Assembly (NCBI GenBank): GCA_023818695.1 | Contig: JAMWCF010000002.1 | Coordinates: forward strand, 66-64,065 | Length of the DNA stretch: 64,000 nucleotides | Direction of reading: 5' to 3' | From: Candidatus Omnitrophota bacterium | Lineage (GTDB): Bacteria; Omnitrophota; Gorgyraeia; 1-14-0-20-64-10 | Shown: piece by piece, positions 46,701-56,900 of the stretch | Layout of the letters: every line of letters begins with the position of its first letter | Numbering within the stretch: the stretch's first letter is position 1 | The notes under the pieces: model-generated | What the model saw: the letters and a program-made list of their open reading frames with translations, nothing else | The model's database searches: none | What the model was told of the DNA's origin: nothing | Translations under genes and position numbers: made by a program

Positions 46701-47869
46701 CCAACCTGAACGTGGTCTCCCCCGGCCAGGAGCAGGATTACTACATCGGCGAGCAGGGGAACCAGCAAAGACCGATCGGCATCCAGGGTCTCGGCAACAA
46801 CTATCTCCAGGAGAAGAACCGGAAGCAGGGAATCGAGATCTACACCCGGTTTATCCGGTACTATGCCCTCCAGGCCCTTTACAGGCAATTGGACCGCCTC
46901 CTTGAAGCGGGTCAACTGACGGCGGCCAACGTCAACGCCCTGATCACGCAACCGTCGGATGACCGCCGGTGGGAGCATGCCCGGCGGACGCTGATCCAGG
47001 AGTTGGCCGGCCAACCGCTTAGCTCCATCCTGGACAATGCGGCCGATCAGTCCGGCCTAGTCCAGATCCAGCAGAGGATTCTCAACGATACCATCCAGGA
47101 CCTGGACAATCGCACCACCGCCTTCAACGAGCTGATGGGGCCGGGGGGAGCCGGGGTGATGGTGCCGGCGGAAGCAAACAAGTTTGTCCGGGATGTTTTG
47201 AGGCCTGACACGGAACGACTTACCGCCCGGGTGGGGGAGATCGTTCCGGCCCTGACCGCTGCCGGAGCCAACATCGAAGTGCCTGTGATCTCGGCGGGTC
47301 TGGAAGGGGAACCGGTTTTGGATACACCGGCGCCGACGGTCATCGGGTTGCCGCCTGTCACGTCCGGCACCGCGGTGGATATCGCCGAGCAGAGAGCTCC
47401 CACCGGTTTCGACTGGATCATCCGGCGGGGTTCTTTGCCGGAGGCCAGATCACAACTGGGTTCGGTGGGGGTTGTGGCCAGTAACGCGGCCGACCGACGC
47501 GGTTTGGCGCTGGGGTTGGCCTTGATGCGGGCGGTGACCGCCGACGGCCAGCCGGTCCCGGTCGCGTTTGTCGTGGAGACGGCGAATCAGAAAGCCACCC
47601 TTATCGAGATGGGAGTCACCTCCACATCGATCTTCCAGGCGGGGTTGGAAGGGGAGTATCCCAGTGTGGAAGACGCCAACAGGGCGGCCAACCAGTGGTT
47701 GACCATCGCCTATGGTGTGGGACAGGTGGTGGAGCTTGGAGTCACCCAAAGAATTCTCCAGACTCTTCAGCAGATTCTGGCGAACATCTTCAAAGTTGTG
47801 TTGACGCCCGAGTCGTTGGCGGTCTGGGAGCGGTTCGTGGGAGACGCCACCTTGGCGCTGCAGGCGTAA
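37778..47869 (+). CDS. Giant multi-enzyme protein A (3363 aa): anchor/leader, C39/papain-like peptidase, expanded GlmS-like module, extra SIS-like domains, ACT pair, hexapeptide/LbH region, shared C-terminal domain
   Basis: A single uninterrupted ORF. Motifs are listed in the domain-level features below. The alternative start at M13 (37814) gives MKTENRTTITSVFAAVTAASFILTQVIPAWA. Confidence 0.85.
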   Translation: MLNKSIERKYKKMKTENRTTITSVFAAVTAASFILTQVIPAWALRPQGASSPTVRQLLQAGLEEPGEAVSPVIMNPRVNAAWQSLASRAARPDTGQPASTREILWDIMTQMGVVDPELAAALPARQVLDEQLAQMILTAPGQNCLTCAAHVVANASFSSNEQTLPEPSQSAWFNQNEFLTALLITLDLLNHGRILSIPGEDGHVRLANSLLSVKEALEVLQRRLPAERHRDWTASRVSAKDLQQLLSQGATVVAHVGGNHFVHVLGIERGEVIYSEPAVDRLDGQQRKPMDEFLSWWKGRSNEGVVLIDRAAPEGREALTENQMRGIIGCCGINSVFGQYGGIRSILDAVLRLKYRAPDNTGIAVISEDGYRVVKAGKDVHGQGDGGPDTMIEYMYSHPIYPEGFPQPFTIVPGNSYQPDQGVVQAIQEFIDRGRDAWRRSRQTSNAQERVALRQQAAGFWAEARRRERDWLIRSAVHQARMQGFDLLREEGLLEFVPTPTDAQQGNWPLHDLTQTPLRDLFEGRVSVQAGRVGGVWAGDQFLIRHDELPAMVKEIGRLFDLTPEFVRIFLRAELVRSLQEARGLPAGKAQEILKVYDLLSNRALAGQIESKHQERWDEVMDYLVGRWLWIPSDYNVDTVRHTFRMQMALIGMFQVNAQWRAEVERRFEERVPGKDKDWLKYWKRERDLNTPGHAYAALVDWFHDWAHEQKVDVTTPEGAVVEVPLLANEVYEHIVQIRTQQRNTTVFSPTQPTKGTYQRGYSLGTVNEATVRLMGEVIVGHGRWAMTGDPSRWNAHPHNTQTRVVAHNGQVKGTTNSALRKEHKEAHTQPGPEAAQFKPYEAYYWEEEATPSGKARYEIVTDTRTIVVHWDYVAKQFEVDKSAGRVQADGLTVKTDVPGQLNQNRNEFNRAEAWNRVVENLRRQGRKNISVDEVAFRVALMEMQDGSELGVNASSLHNPLVNYVVSHDRPVDIVLLGDRILVTSDYAAGIALFPAPEVAQAAQTLSQMQQDLLRTLEQFRELRASGQYTEEMYVEEVKEALADYERRADPIRKKYQVDVYHLKELNKFARITRRVDEKGQARLNIDITHLDGSPLSENEVKNEARLKKETVSPELGVKGSYRTFMELHIDEIPKILLDNAVSYMTITGGQATAVNIPTIKVDNLRQRFGQNLQNLKRLFLIGVGSSWRDAKVAEQLFRQLLPGVEILVYDPVEIQNLGIKLNPETDLAIGMSWSGTTASMVKLFEGFSKEGIAMMAVTGKPGSTLAQLGSDSAGMIDVKSGPEASVATTKGFESVLYCLCLTGVQLSQVQGDPSLEQERRLFVQDLWRVVDHVHSLIVEPGKQGAQRVLDSSEDVDSLVNRVARTWKNRQKVLVIGSRNNPVYIEGELKAEEIAWLVGKAADISDESWRNLVARTGDPNVPEAERVATIFNMTDPARLDEFMRAIQEVTDAGIQVVVQTFDKDNKHLAALQQLQREGKIELVIVPRVRLTLQGLVDAPLFFRFSLALARARGLTDANIDNSRNLAKSVVVSGARSLQELVRTSAARYVTIQEQAGYVGDAGSKFNAYRRQMPRIWASLQSGRVQAIARLPVLLNAAVNRWLEPGASSILAQPADRDRAQKLLEGFIQAAKAPKPAARVVIVTDEEATQYAGEAAVGPLGSREVVVSGEHSDLYNPDKGVRVRVGGWYYRVFYDQAQSRYRIRYVPELNPFAQGQQPVDTDITIASGQASVIINGREYQVDPRSFDVDKGQLVSGLQMKASQPDLLLAGTENVKVYRSVDQGIDQMVDQGTMVVLVSRGRNRGAANVQVPPIPSALTMRSPRDLPRNPDEQPEDNMVALAQRLRDRGVPFITITDDVSRLNDPQLDPTRVTHLPLGTDVDDINLYSLTYLGLLTIGARVGELLGRDTADFQASLKTVPGMVAQLVSDQSIRRQMEDLLRVLKQYRKIHIIGGGQADGKEFARLLSMNGIFAEAQLNDSAWHGPLAAVDPNRRKYADQPSDPGYRFKYGVNGAYSLDNDTLVVFLMTDSKFSDSSITDAQVYDSRNGRFLLVTLRDNARKPGVGEPPNLVRRSIVEAGPVKISPIGEAEVNDPNLQNPEGIFSIPNAPDALGNFNVAAFAALFSEGFRDFHNQAVADGPKDPPSRFRPSGYTGPTPTPAVDVPSDFLRQRIRPEALRQLGDSGLGDLYRMYQAVVQTDQPQVRLYQDIHDPNRTAITIAVWDRRGLLGEIGDAISRQGISIDNDISDNYPEQASAGKNRVAFFLIDVQQPLSAVQQTGVEQAIRKTLVIQPVEAALMAQYGVRLSEDEIRSLVQAYHTYSEEAPLAAGAGPLPVHVEFGEHPRAANRARLYLVGPSRNAPAQFIQEVLNQSKIAGVVTFAERFQYGSQTPAVTLAVAEVEMSPEDLSRSGIREALVQSFQVFSAGLEGQYISWQEEVDNHDPIAAIQTAIRDSTFLRAIRDVNVTTAPDRWRAAERLRVLRPAEIEQLQRQGNWAEDWSRVRIASTMTADNLELIRKNEFHGDIEIGHIDAGTVTLPDKAKKSRGIVGSELRNVRLGSNVAIHQADITNYVIKQNAVVVGTRLVADPETTFGLQQAYEIENEAGRRELLVYPELTLQGAENLAARLLSDKKLAADYQEQHDRYVRLAKSKWGIVEEDAVVDRVAGDIVNTYIGRGAVIEQAQHIKETVILTGFTPVELKELQDLASGAVTRPTLLPGLALRTLEVAPKVKKNALKALRENPEVAMALLLKDQRPVIKSAAQIQFAVIKQGVHVASAAQLVKIFADEHSTFEESVNVTNMYAGPDSFFAKGEFGSVLAEAFVVSHHKGALSLGNLLRLGINIGSAGQTSNHDGYGPDQEAIIARGTFIGTGVIFVYPINLDKSPHSLLQTQIKLSPRQKVTFPAMLMGKPDPGVLSQIGARYRDYNEVVPGWVLDRMPYLLFRNQDKWQARQNALRYQFDFNILQPDIVDWMREARANLNVVSPGQEQDYYIGEQGNQQRPIGIQGLGNNYLQEKNRKQGIEIYTRFIRYYALQALYRQLDRLLEAGQLTAANVNALITQPSDDRRWEHARRTLIQELAGQPLSSILDNAADQSGLVQIQQRILNDTIQDLDNRTTAFNELMGPGGAGVMVPAEANKFVRDVLRPDTERLTARVGEIVPALTAAGANIEVPVISAGLEGEPVLDTPAPTVIGLPPVTSGTAVDIAEQRAPTGFDWIIRRGSLPEARSQLGSVGVVASNAADRRGLALGLALMRAVTADGQPVPVAFVVETANQKATLIEMGVTSTSIFQAGLEGEYPSVEDANRAANQWLTIAYGVGQVVELGVTQRILQTLQQILANIFKVVLTPESLAVWERFVGDATLALQA
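38180..38707 (+). other. Domain in giant A: C39/papain-like cysteine peptidase fold (candidate)
   Basis: The candidate nucleophile context is APGQNCLTCAAHVVAN (Cys144, codon 38207-38209). The downstream segment VVAHVGGNHFVHVLGIERGEVIYSEPA (His260, codon 38555-38557) parallels the C39 pattern Q...C-G ... H-[FY]-V-V-L ... D-P. Confidence 0.45.
38762..42376 (+). other. Domain in giant A: GlmS-like (glutamine--fructose-6-phosphate aminotransferase) module, about twice canonical length
   Basis: - GATase-II motifs: GIIGCCGINSVFG...LRLKYRAPDNTGIAV, GHGRWAMTGDPSRWNAHPH and RVVAHNGQV.
- SIS motifs: SYRTFMELHIDEIP, LFLIGVGSSWRDAKVA, LAIGMSWSGTTAS, SGPEASVATTKGFES and IEGELKAEEIA.
- The GlmS C-terminal signature NSRNLAKSVVV (canonical PRNLAKSVTVE) is present.
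- About 400 aa are inserted between the first and second glutaminase motifs. Confidence 0.75.
44378..45040 (+). other. Domain in giant A: pair of ACT-like small-molecule-binding domains (candidate)
   Basis: TAITIAVWDRRGLLGEIGDAISRQGISIDNDIS...RVAFFLIDV follows the ACT beta-alpha-beta-beta-alpha-beta pattern. A second, weaker unit is ARLYLVGPSRNAPAQFIQEVLNQSKIAGV...AVTLAVAEVEM. Confidence 0.4.
45065..47290 (+). other. Domain in giant A: left-handed beta-helix / hexapeptide-type region resembling DUF4954-type proteins
   Basis: It starts right after SAGLEG (45041-45058). LRPAEIEQLQRQGNWAEDWSRVRIA...NEFHGDIEIGHIDAG...GSELRNVRLGSNVAIHQADITNYVIKQNAVVVGTRLV shows hexapeptide-like periodicity. The assignment to DUF4954 is from memory and unverified. 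Confidence 0.4.
47291..47869 (+). other. Shared C-terminal domain, copy in giant A
   Basis: It begins at SAGLEG (47291-47308) and ends ...VWERFVGDATLALQA-stop. It aligns with 59976-60467 over ~160 aa at roughly two-thirds identity by eye. Confidence 0.8.
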
Positions 47870-47881
47870 TTCGAATTTCCT

Positions 47882-47911
47882 GGGCCGGCGGGTTTGGTCC
47901 TTCGCCGGCCC
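47882..47911 (+). terminator. GC-rich stem-loop between giant genes A and B (no U-tract)
   Basis: GGGCCGGCG (47882-47890) pairs perfectly with CGCCGGCCC (47903-47911) around a 12-nt loop, 13 nt after the stop codon. It is followed by AT-rich DNA up to the next start. Without a T-run it may be an attenuator or processing/stability element rather than a terminator. Confidence 0.3.
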
Positions 47912-47984
47912 ATCCATATGAAGCAGGACAACGCGGAGGATTTTTTGTATCCTGTAATTTAATAGTATTTAATTTTTGATTTTC

Positions 47985-50900
47985 ATGATGGAGAGAACGA
48001 GTCGGCATCATTTCATAAACCGCATAAGTGCCTGGCTCCTTATCCAGGCGCTTATTTTATCTCCGGCTTCCGTGCCGGTTTTCGGGACGGATGATCGGGC
48101 CCTTTCCGGCCAGACCCTGCGGGTCCAGCAGCCGGAAGGGGAGGCGGTCCGTTCACAGATCGGCAGCCGTTTGGCGGCTTCCGCCGGGCTTGAAGAGAAC
48201 TTAGTGGTCCAGCCGTACCGCGGTTTCACCACCAGAGTCCGCCGGGTGACCGACAAGGGCCTGCAGGTGGCCAAGCGGGAAGTGGGGGAGCTGATCGGGA
48301 CAACCTCCATCGATCTGGCAAGCGGCACCGTGGCAAACGCCCAGTTGGCCGCCGGGACAGGGGCCGCGGACCAGAACGGTTTGAATGCCGTCCGGGTGGT
48401 GGAGTGGACACAGAGCGGACTCCAGTGGCTCCTCGCCCACCAGGATTTGCCCGCGGTGACACGGCTTCTGCAGCGCCTCCAGGATAAGGACAAAACTTTT
48501 CCGGTCGAGTTGAGAGCCAATCACGCCAACACGCTTGATTTCACCGACCAGGAAGCGGCCATCCGTCTGGACACGACCATCGGCTCTGAGCTCCAAGAGC
48601 CCCAATACAGCGGCGGAAGGACCCTTCTTTACGCCGTCGGCCTTTTCCATGAGTTGGCCCAGGCCGCCGGCTTCACACCGAGGGAAGCGGCCCACCTGGT
48701 GCTGAACATTTACACCGGCATGACAACCGCCGAGAGGCAGCAGCTCCAGGCCGTTTTGAGGACGCCGGTGATCGACCACGGCGATACCTGGGCGCTGTTT
48801 CTGGAGGACGCCACCCGGCTGCCCGCCCCGGAACTGGCTGAATACGCCGGGGTGGACTCCTTGACGCTGGAGGAGCGGTTGGATGGAGAGCCGGACGCGC
48901 AGCAGCAAGGCCGGATGCTGGCGGTCCGGAACCACCGGGACCGGTGGGTTTCCTGGATGATGGGACAGACAATGGTCGACCTGCCGTACGACCGGCTGGC
49001 GTTCCGCCGCGCCATGGAGATCCAAAACGTCGAGGAGAAACGCCAGGCCTCCTATCAGGTCATCCGGAACTTCGACCGGGATGTGGAGGCGGACAATGCC
49101 AGGCGCGTGGGGGCGATCGTCCGGGAGCAGTGGCTGCCGGAAGAGTTCCCGTATCCGGTCCTTTTGGCCGGACGGGAGAGCCGGGCCTTCGGCAACCAGG
49201 CCTTTCTTTTCGCCAACAGCGGCTACGCCTTGAAAACGACCGATGTCGCCGAGGCGGCGCAGGCGCTGATGGAGATCGCCAAGGCGCACGCTCTGGAGCG
49301 GGAACTTCAGCAGGTCATCGAGACAGCCCCGCCGTGGGCTCAAGGGGAGCTCACGAAATCGGTTCGCCAGATCAAAGAGCTTTTGGCTCATCTGGGACCC
49401 GGCACCGGCCGAATCCGCCAGCTGATCTTCGGGCCGGGCACGGTAGTGGCTATGACCCAGTTCAGCGGGGCCCTGCAGCAGCTGCGTGAAAACCTGGAGA
49501 TCTTCTATAACCAGGCGAGGGTTGCCCTGCGCCAGTCCCAGCAGAGGACGGTCAAGACGTCCCAGGAGGGGATCGGCCGGCGGCTTCAGCGGGAGGATGT
49601 GTCGGCCGGTTTCGCCCGGGCCCAACAGGAGCTTTCCCGTTTTGCCGGCGAATCTGGACTGGTGGCGCTGGCGATCAACCGTTTGGAAGAGGCGATGCTG
49701 AAGGCCGAAACGTACGCCGCCGCCTACAGCGTCCTGATGCAGAGGCCTTCCAGGACCGGATCCGAGAAATTCAAGGGCAACGAATTGGAGGAGAAACCGG
49801 AGCAGGAGGAGGCCCTCCGGAAGCTGGTCCGTCTGGGGGGACAAAACACCTATATGAGCCCCAGCTACGAGTGGGTGGCCGAAGCGACCGACATCATCGA
49901 AGCGGCCCCGCTGTTCATTTATGAGCGGACCATTGAGATGGACGGCAAGCATGTGACTGTCTTCGAGGTGGATCAGGAGGGGTTGGAGCAGACGATCCGC
50001 CAGATGGCCGACTACTGGGCCCAGAACATCGAGAAGACGATTGACTCCGAACATCTGGCCTTGGCCCGCGAGGTCGTGGTTCTGTCCAATGGGGCCCTTG
50101 CCGATGCGGCGCGGCTTTTGATCCAGACCGGGCTGCCGGCGGAGGCCGCTTATCGGCAGGTCCTCGCCGAATCGGCGCCGCAGCAGCAAGGTCTGTTGGG
50201 TCAGGTTGCCCGGGTCGCCGCCTGGCTGGCCGCCGAGTATAACAAGCGGGCCGAGAAGATCGAAGCCCGTGTTGAAGAGGCGTGGAGCCGGCAGAATTTC
50301 ATTGGACGGATGGAGGCGCTGCGCCTTGAGGTGATCGGCGATCCCTCCAAAGGAAATTATCCGGACCGGGCCCGACAGGCCGTCGGCCGGGCCGATCGGG
50401 CCTCGACATCTCTCCAGAAGGAAACCGAGCGGCTTCTGCCCAATGCTTTGATGCGGCAGAGGCCTCTGCCGGCTTTCCATCTTCTGACCACGGAGGCGCC
50501 CGGCCTGGTGGAAGGGTTCATCCAGACCGTTCTGGAAGAAGAGATGGCGCTGCGCAATGTGGTTCGGGCCAACGACTTTGAAAACGAGGTCAAGGAGAGA
50601 GAGCGCCGGTATGCCCGCCTGATCCAGGAGATCGGATGGCGGGTGATCCAGGAGTTCGGGTATGAGCCGATCGTCGCCCAGTATGAGGCGCAGGGGATGA
50701 CCCGCCCCCAGGCGATCTCTCAAGTTGTCGGGGACCATCTGCCGATCCAGCAGGAGGTGGCGCGGCTGGCGGTTCTGATCGAGCTGGCCGAGACGGACGC
50801 GCAGGCGCAGGGGACCACATTCACCTTCAATGCCGCCCAGCCGAACATTCCGTGGGTTGCCAACCTCCTGAGCAACGCGGCGACGCTGACCGGTTTCCAG

Positions 50901-53900
50901 GCGCAAGCCCGCCAGCAGGTTTGGCAGCGCAACCAGCTGGATTCGGACTTCGTGAAAAGGGTCGCTCAGCTGACTCAGCAGCTCCAGTCCGAAACGCAGG
51001 CAATCGCGCAGGCGATCCAGGAATCGGAGATTTACCGGCGGGAGTTCGAAGCGACCGTCGAGTGGCTGGCCCGCCGCGAGGCGCTGGACCGGCTTGATCA
51101 GGAGAAACCGGCCCTGCAGATTCAAAACCGGTTTCGGCACTGGTACCGGGCCCACACCGCCTTGGGCAGGACCACAGCCCGCAGAGAGACCGTGGCGGCC
51201 CACAACCTCCACGCCGCCATGAGCGATCCGCGGCACGCCTATTCCAGCGGGACGACTCTGGACACCAAGGACGGGAAATTCCGGCCGACAGGCGGGCGCA
51301 AGCGGTACCACCTGATCTACGCCCCGAGCCGCGTGAACCTCGGCAAGGGGGAGCGGGCCTCCGTGGAGATCTGGCCGCAGTGGGTCGGGGTGGCCGATCC
51401 GCTGGCCGCCGCCCACGCCAAGCGCTTTTACGAATTGATGAACTTCAATCCGCAGATCCGGACCGTGAAAGAGGCGGAGAACCTGAAAGTTTCCGAGAAC
51501 CAGTGGACCGCCATGATTCGGGCCGTGCGCAACGTGCAGGCCTATTTCGTCACCCGTTTGGGATATGGGGACATCGAGGATCTCGCCTTCCAGTTCAACC
51601 AGCGGGGCGGACTGCCGGTGGCAGCCGTCAAGGAGCCGGAATCTTATTCGGCGGGGCCCACCACCGGCTACTGCATCCCGAAGGATCTGTTGTTCAAGCT
51701 TTTCGTTGCCACCCTCCAGGATTCTAGGAAGCTCGCCCAGATCGGCGTGCCGGCCCATCTGCATCCTGTGGTCCAGAGGATGATAGTTCGTATCGCCGCC
51801 AGGCAGGGGGATTTTGAGACAACCGGCGAGTGGGAGCAGTGGGCGGTCGAGGAGCTGCTGTCCGCTCAGGCCCTGCAGGCGATCTTCAAACCGGCCGAGG
51901 CGAGCCAGCTTCAGAAGATCTTTTCCTCTTACGTGGAGGTGACCGGCGGGGCGGTGATCTTCCATATCACCAAGCTGTCCCAGATCCTCCAGACCACCGG
52001 CATGCCCAGCCCCCTGCTGGCCCACGGCAGCAACTTGCACGCTGCCTTGTGGAGCAACTGGGCCGACCGAAGCTTGACTCTGCCGGCGGAGGAGGTCAAC
52101 CGCTCCGTTGTTTTCAGCATGACCCGGGATATCCCGGAGTCGGCGGCGGAAGCCCGGCGGCTTAACCCGGAGGCAGGCGTGGTTCCCGAGCAGCAGCTAC
52201 GGGTCCATTTCTTCGGCACCTACAAGGGGGACGAGGACGAAGCCCCCCCGCCGGACGTCCGCTATTCTTGGACGATGCGGGCCTTCATGATCATGAGCGG
52301 GTACGGCAGGGAGGTGGCGCTGTCCCTCAACGCCGAGGGCCAGCTGTTGGCCCGCTTGAGCTGGGAGGGATTCCGGCCCGATTCCGATGACCCGGAAGAC
52401 GTCAAGGTGACGCGGTATCTTGCCAGGGAATTCGTCGGGCAGGATCAGTTTGCTCCGGAGCACGATGAGATCATCAAGCGCCTGAAAGCCGCCTTCCCGC
52501 CGCACACCACCGTCGGCGACATCACCGTGACCGTTGTGCCGGGTGTTTCGTCCGAAGACCTGCTTGGGTTCAGCGCCGAGACCGCCACCCTCTTGGGGAA
52601 CGAGGCGACCCAAGCCCAGGAATTGCTTCAGTCGAGAGGGATCTCGGTGGAGCAGATGCGGGCCAACGCCGTCCTGCGGCGGCAGTTTCCGGAAGAATGG
52701 ATCCCGCTCAACGATCTCTCCGGACCGGAACAGGATCTGATCAAAAAAGCGATCGGCGGGCAGATCCATCCGCTGGTCCTGCGCTTGAGGGGACCGGGGG
52801 ACGATTTCAAGAGGGATCTGCAGGGGCAGGACGTTGTTGTCTTTTCCGTCACCCATCCGGAGATCATGCAGATGGACCCGGCCCATTTAAGGGACCTGAT
52901 GCTGACCGGCCGTCCGCAGAGCGCCCTCTGCACGCTGGATTTCGTCGCGCAGGGGCGGCATCGGGTCTGGTTCGACCGGGACATCATGCTCTGGTACGCG
53001 GCGGGCCGGGGCGTGGATTCAGAAGGTCGGCCGATCGCCGACTGGCGGCAGAGGGACGCGAAAGGCCGCAAATCGGTTTACCGGGCTTTCGGCTGGGGGG
53101 CGCAGGAGTTCAGGCCTTTGCTGGGCACCGATCTGCGGGATGAGGTGATCCGGCAGGAGCGCCGGGCCACGGATCTGTTCGAAGTTTTGCGCCGGGTGGC
53201 CAACGCCCGCACAGCAGATCTGCCGAAGGCGATCGAGCGGTTCAAAGCCGCCTACCGGGAGAGTTTCCCGCCCGATAAGATCGCCATCGAGGCCGATCTG
53301 GCCCGTCAGTATGAGCAGCAACTCCTTATGAACAAACGCTTCAAATCAAGGGACCGGATCATCCGCCAGGCGTTTGAAGATATCGCCACCGGCATGCCGG
53401 CCGAGCAATTCGGCGTCGTTCATTGGCTTTCCACCGGCGGGCTCTTCCTGCTCAACGGCGCTCCCCAAGCGCAGCAGGAAGAGGTGCTTGGCGTCATCCG
53501 GACCGCGCAGAAGAGGATGCAGGGTGTCAACAATTCCGCGGGCCTCGAGGAGAGCGAACTGGTGGCCCTGCTAATCAAACCGCAGCTGACCGCCGCGGCC
53601 ATCCAGCTGACCGAAAGGAAAGGGGAGATGTTCTCGGTCAAGGCCAGCGAGACGGTGGTGGAGAAAGCGGTGGCCCGCCGAAAAGGACTGGCTCTGCAGG
53701 CGGCCCGCCAGGCGGCCGTGAGATCGCGCGAACAGGGGTTCCATTCGGTGGAATCGCTGACCGCCATCGGTCAGGTCGATGGGGCTCTGCAGGCAGGCCG
53801 ACAGAACGTTCTCTCGATCATCGGGGATCTTGAATCCGGCGTTCCGGTCGATTCCTCATCGGTTCACCGGCGGGTCGGTGTGGTGATGGGGCACACCGTG

Positions 53901-56900
53901 CAGGTCCTGCGGCGCTTGGCCGAGGACCTGGTGCAGGATGAAAAGGAGCGCCAGCGGATCCGGCGTCAGATTGCCGCCTTGACGCAGGGGCGGGAGTTGA
54001 GCTCCCGGGTATGGAACTCCTTCGGTGGGACTTACGAGGATTCGGGGATCCTGGCCCGGCTCTTCGAGCTGGCCGGGGAGGCCAACCGGCCCGCGGTTCT
54101 GGCGGCTATGGAGCTTCTCTACACCTCGCTGGCCCTGGAACGGACCGCCGATTTCCTGGTCCTGCCCGCAGAGGATGTGGATGAGCGCCTCCTTTATCGA
54201 GCCGCCGCCGGCTTCTTCGCGGAAACGATCGACGACCATTTCTATGAATACAACCCCTGGGCTCTTGATCCAAAGAGGGCATCTACCTTTGTCGGCCTCT
54301 ATGACGACCTCGGTGTCCTGAAGCCGGAGCACCGGGAGGAGGTCTACGGCCTCTCCTGGAGCCATCACCGAGTCCTTTACCAGTATTTTCGGTACCTGTT
54401 CCTGAACAAGACCGGCTTCAAGGACCTTTCCACCGCCGATCAGGATCTTCTGCTGGGGCGGGTCCAGATCGGGGATTCCGCCGAGCAGGACCAGCTGACC
54501 GTCCAGGCAGTCGGCGCCAGCGCGCCCGGCCGTTATGAACGGTTGTGGCGGGCCTACGGCCAGTTCCGGGAGCTGGCCTTTGTGCGCAACGACGGTTTCG
54601 CGATCCCCGTGGCCTTCGAGAACCTGGATGCCGACGATCCGGAGATCCTCAATGCTTCCCGCAAGGTGAACCATGCCTTCTTGAGCGGTGTGGGGCGGAC
54701 CCATTATTCCAGGGCCTTAATGGAGGCGGGCCATCTTGGCGAGAACATCTTCATCACCCGCGATGGGGTGGTGGCCACCCCCGCGGGAGCCAGAGGGGCG
54801 GTTCTGCAGATCAGCGACGCCCATTTCTGGCTGACGCCGGGCCGGTACCGGCATGCCCTGATCCGTTACAAAGGAATGAGTCCAACGGAGGCCGATCAGC
54901 AGATCGCAGCGGATATGAAAGCAGGCCGGATCACCCCGAAAGGGATCCGGGTGGCTGCCCGGTTCGCCAGGCCGGTCACCGTCGGATCGGTCGTGGCTCT
55001 CCATCACCATTACCAGGAGCTGGAGCTGGCCAAGGTCGGTTATCCGGCCACCGACAAATCGCCGGTTCTCTTCGAGTACACTTATGACAAGTCTCTTTAT
55101 CCATCCGCTTACAATCCTCCGGACCAGACCGGGGTCAACCTGCCGCCGGAGGTCGACTGGCACGCACAGGACACGCAGCAACTTCCGATGGCCACGGCGA
55201 AGCAGCGGATCAGGGATCTGGTCCGGCCGTTCGCCGAGGAGCACGGCATCATCGTGGCCAAGGGGTCCGCAGAGTCCGGCGCCAGGAACTTCAAGCGGTT
55301 CGACATCCTCGTCAACGGCCAGGTGGATGAGCAGGTTCTGCAGGAAGCGGTTGATTTCATCTATGAGGTTTCCAAGGGACAGAACGTCACGATCCAGCGG
55401 GCGATCATCGTCACGCCGTTGTCCTGGATGGACCCCACCGCCATCGAGCAGTTCGTGGAGCGGCAGATCAGGGACTGGTCGGTGCCGGTCAACCTGGAGC
55501 GGCATCCGAAGAGCTGGGTCTATGGCACCCTGCGCGTGATTCTGTCCGCCGGCATGCCGAAGGATCTAGCGAAACTGGATGATCCGGCCAACTGGCAGGC
55601 CTCCCACTGGATCAGTTTGAACAGCTTGCAGGTGGCCACTAACGTCGGCCGTCAGGGGACTTTGGAGATGCTTCAGCCGGAGATGGTCCGGCCGGAGTTC
55701 CGGCAGACCTTTATCCAGGAGCTTGAAAAAGCCGGCCGGCAGGTGATGGCCGCCACCGCTAGGTACGCCAAGCATTACTGGGACACGGTCTATGTACCGG
55801 CTTACACCCAGAAATACGGCCACCCGCCTCAGGAGTTCGACGCCGTCGGGGTGCCGTACTGGTGGCCGAGATACTTGATGCTGGATTTCTTGCCGGAACC
55901 GATTTGGGCCAAAAACGGCCAGCCGGTGCAGGGGGCAAGGGTGATGGATGTCATCCCCGGCGATCCGAAGAAGGGGACGCCAAGCCGGTTCACGCTAGCC
56001 GATTCCACCGGCGAGATTTTTGAAGGGCAGATCTTGGGATTCAAATTCTGGCTGCTGGAGCCGAACGTCGGGATCGGTTTGTGGCCGAACTACTGGCGCC
56101 GGGAAGAGGTGCATGAAAGGGGCCGGGCGAAAGCGCTGGGGCAGCCGATGGATTGGTCCCGCGTGGGGGTCAGCGATCGGATCGTTTTGAACAATTACCT
56201 GGCCGCGGGCGAAGCGTTCCTGCGTGCCAAATTCGGAGATGATCATTTCGGGCCGGGCGGGCCGCAGCGGGGAGGGCCGGACCCGTTCGTGCCGCCGTCC
56301 GTCACCTCGCCGACAGCGAGCCAGCCGCTGATGGCAACCTCCACCCCCATGCAGCACGGCGTCGAAACCGTTCAGCAGGCCGGCGCGGCGACCATCGGGT
56401 CGGCCCAGATGAGCCGCATTTTCGTGGAGGCGGCCCTTCGTGCCATGGCGGCCCCTATGGAGTCGCTCCGCCTGGAAACCCCGGAGGTTTTGCTGGACCG
56501 CATCAACCAATGGCTGGCCGATCCGGCTCGCGTTCAGGAATTCCCGCAGGGGGTAGGGGTTTCCGTGACCCACGAACAAGTCGACCAAGCGTTGAGCGAC
56601 TCGGTCTACAGGGGGCGGGTTGCCGAGCTGACGCTGGACCGGATTCTCTCCGAATCTGTGGCGCCCCAGGTGGATATCCTGCCGGAACCGCTATCCGCCG
56701 CCGCGACAGCACAGCTGATGCCTCACCTGTTGACCTTCGGTGTTGTCACCGGCAAGCGGGCCGTGATGAACCATCACATTTATCCCTGGGCGGCAGGCCG
56801 CGGTAACGCCCCTGTCAATGTCGTGGGCGTCCATGAGGAATGGTTGACCCCCGATGGCAGGGTTTCCCGGGCGGTTGTCTGGAAGGAAGAGGCGGGCCGG

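Noticed and set aside
48201-52040. 1279-aa minus-strand ORF inside giant gene B. Others lie at 52197-52886, 53856-54704, 54717-55505 and 57927-59051.
   Set aside because: The reasoning is the same. They are low-complexity Arg/Pro/Gly/Leu-rich translations opposite a frame with dehydrogenase, ATP-grasp and GHMP motifs.
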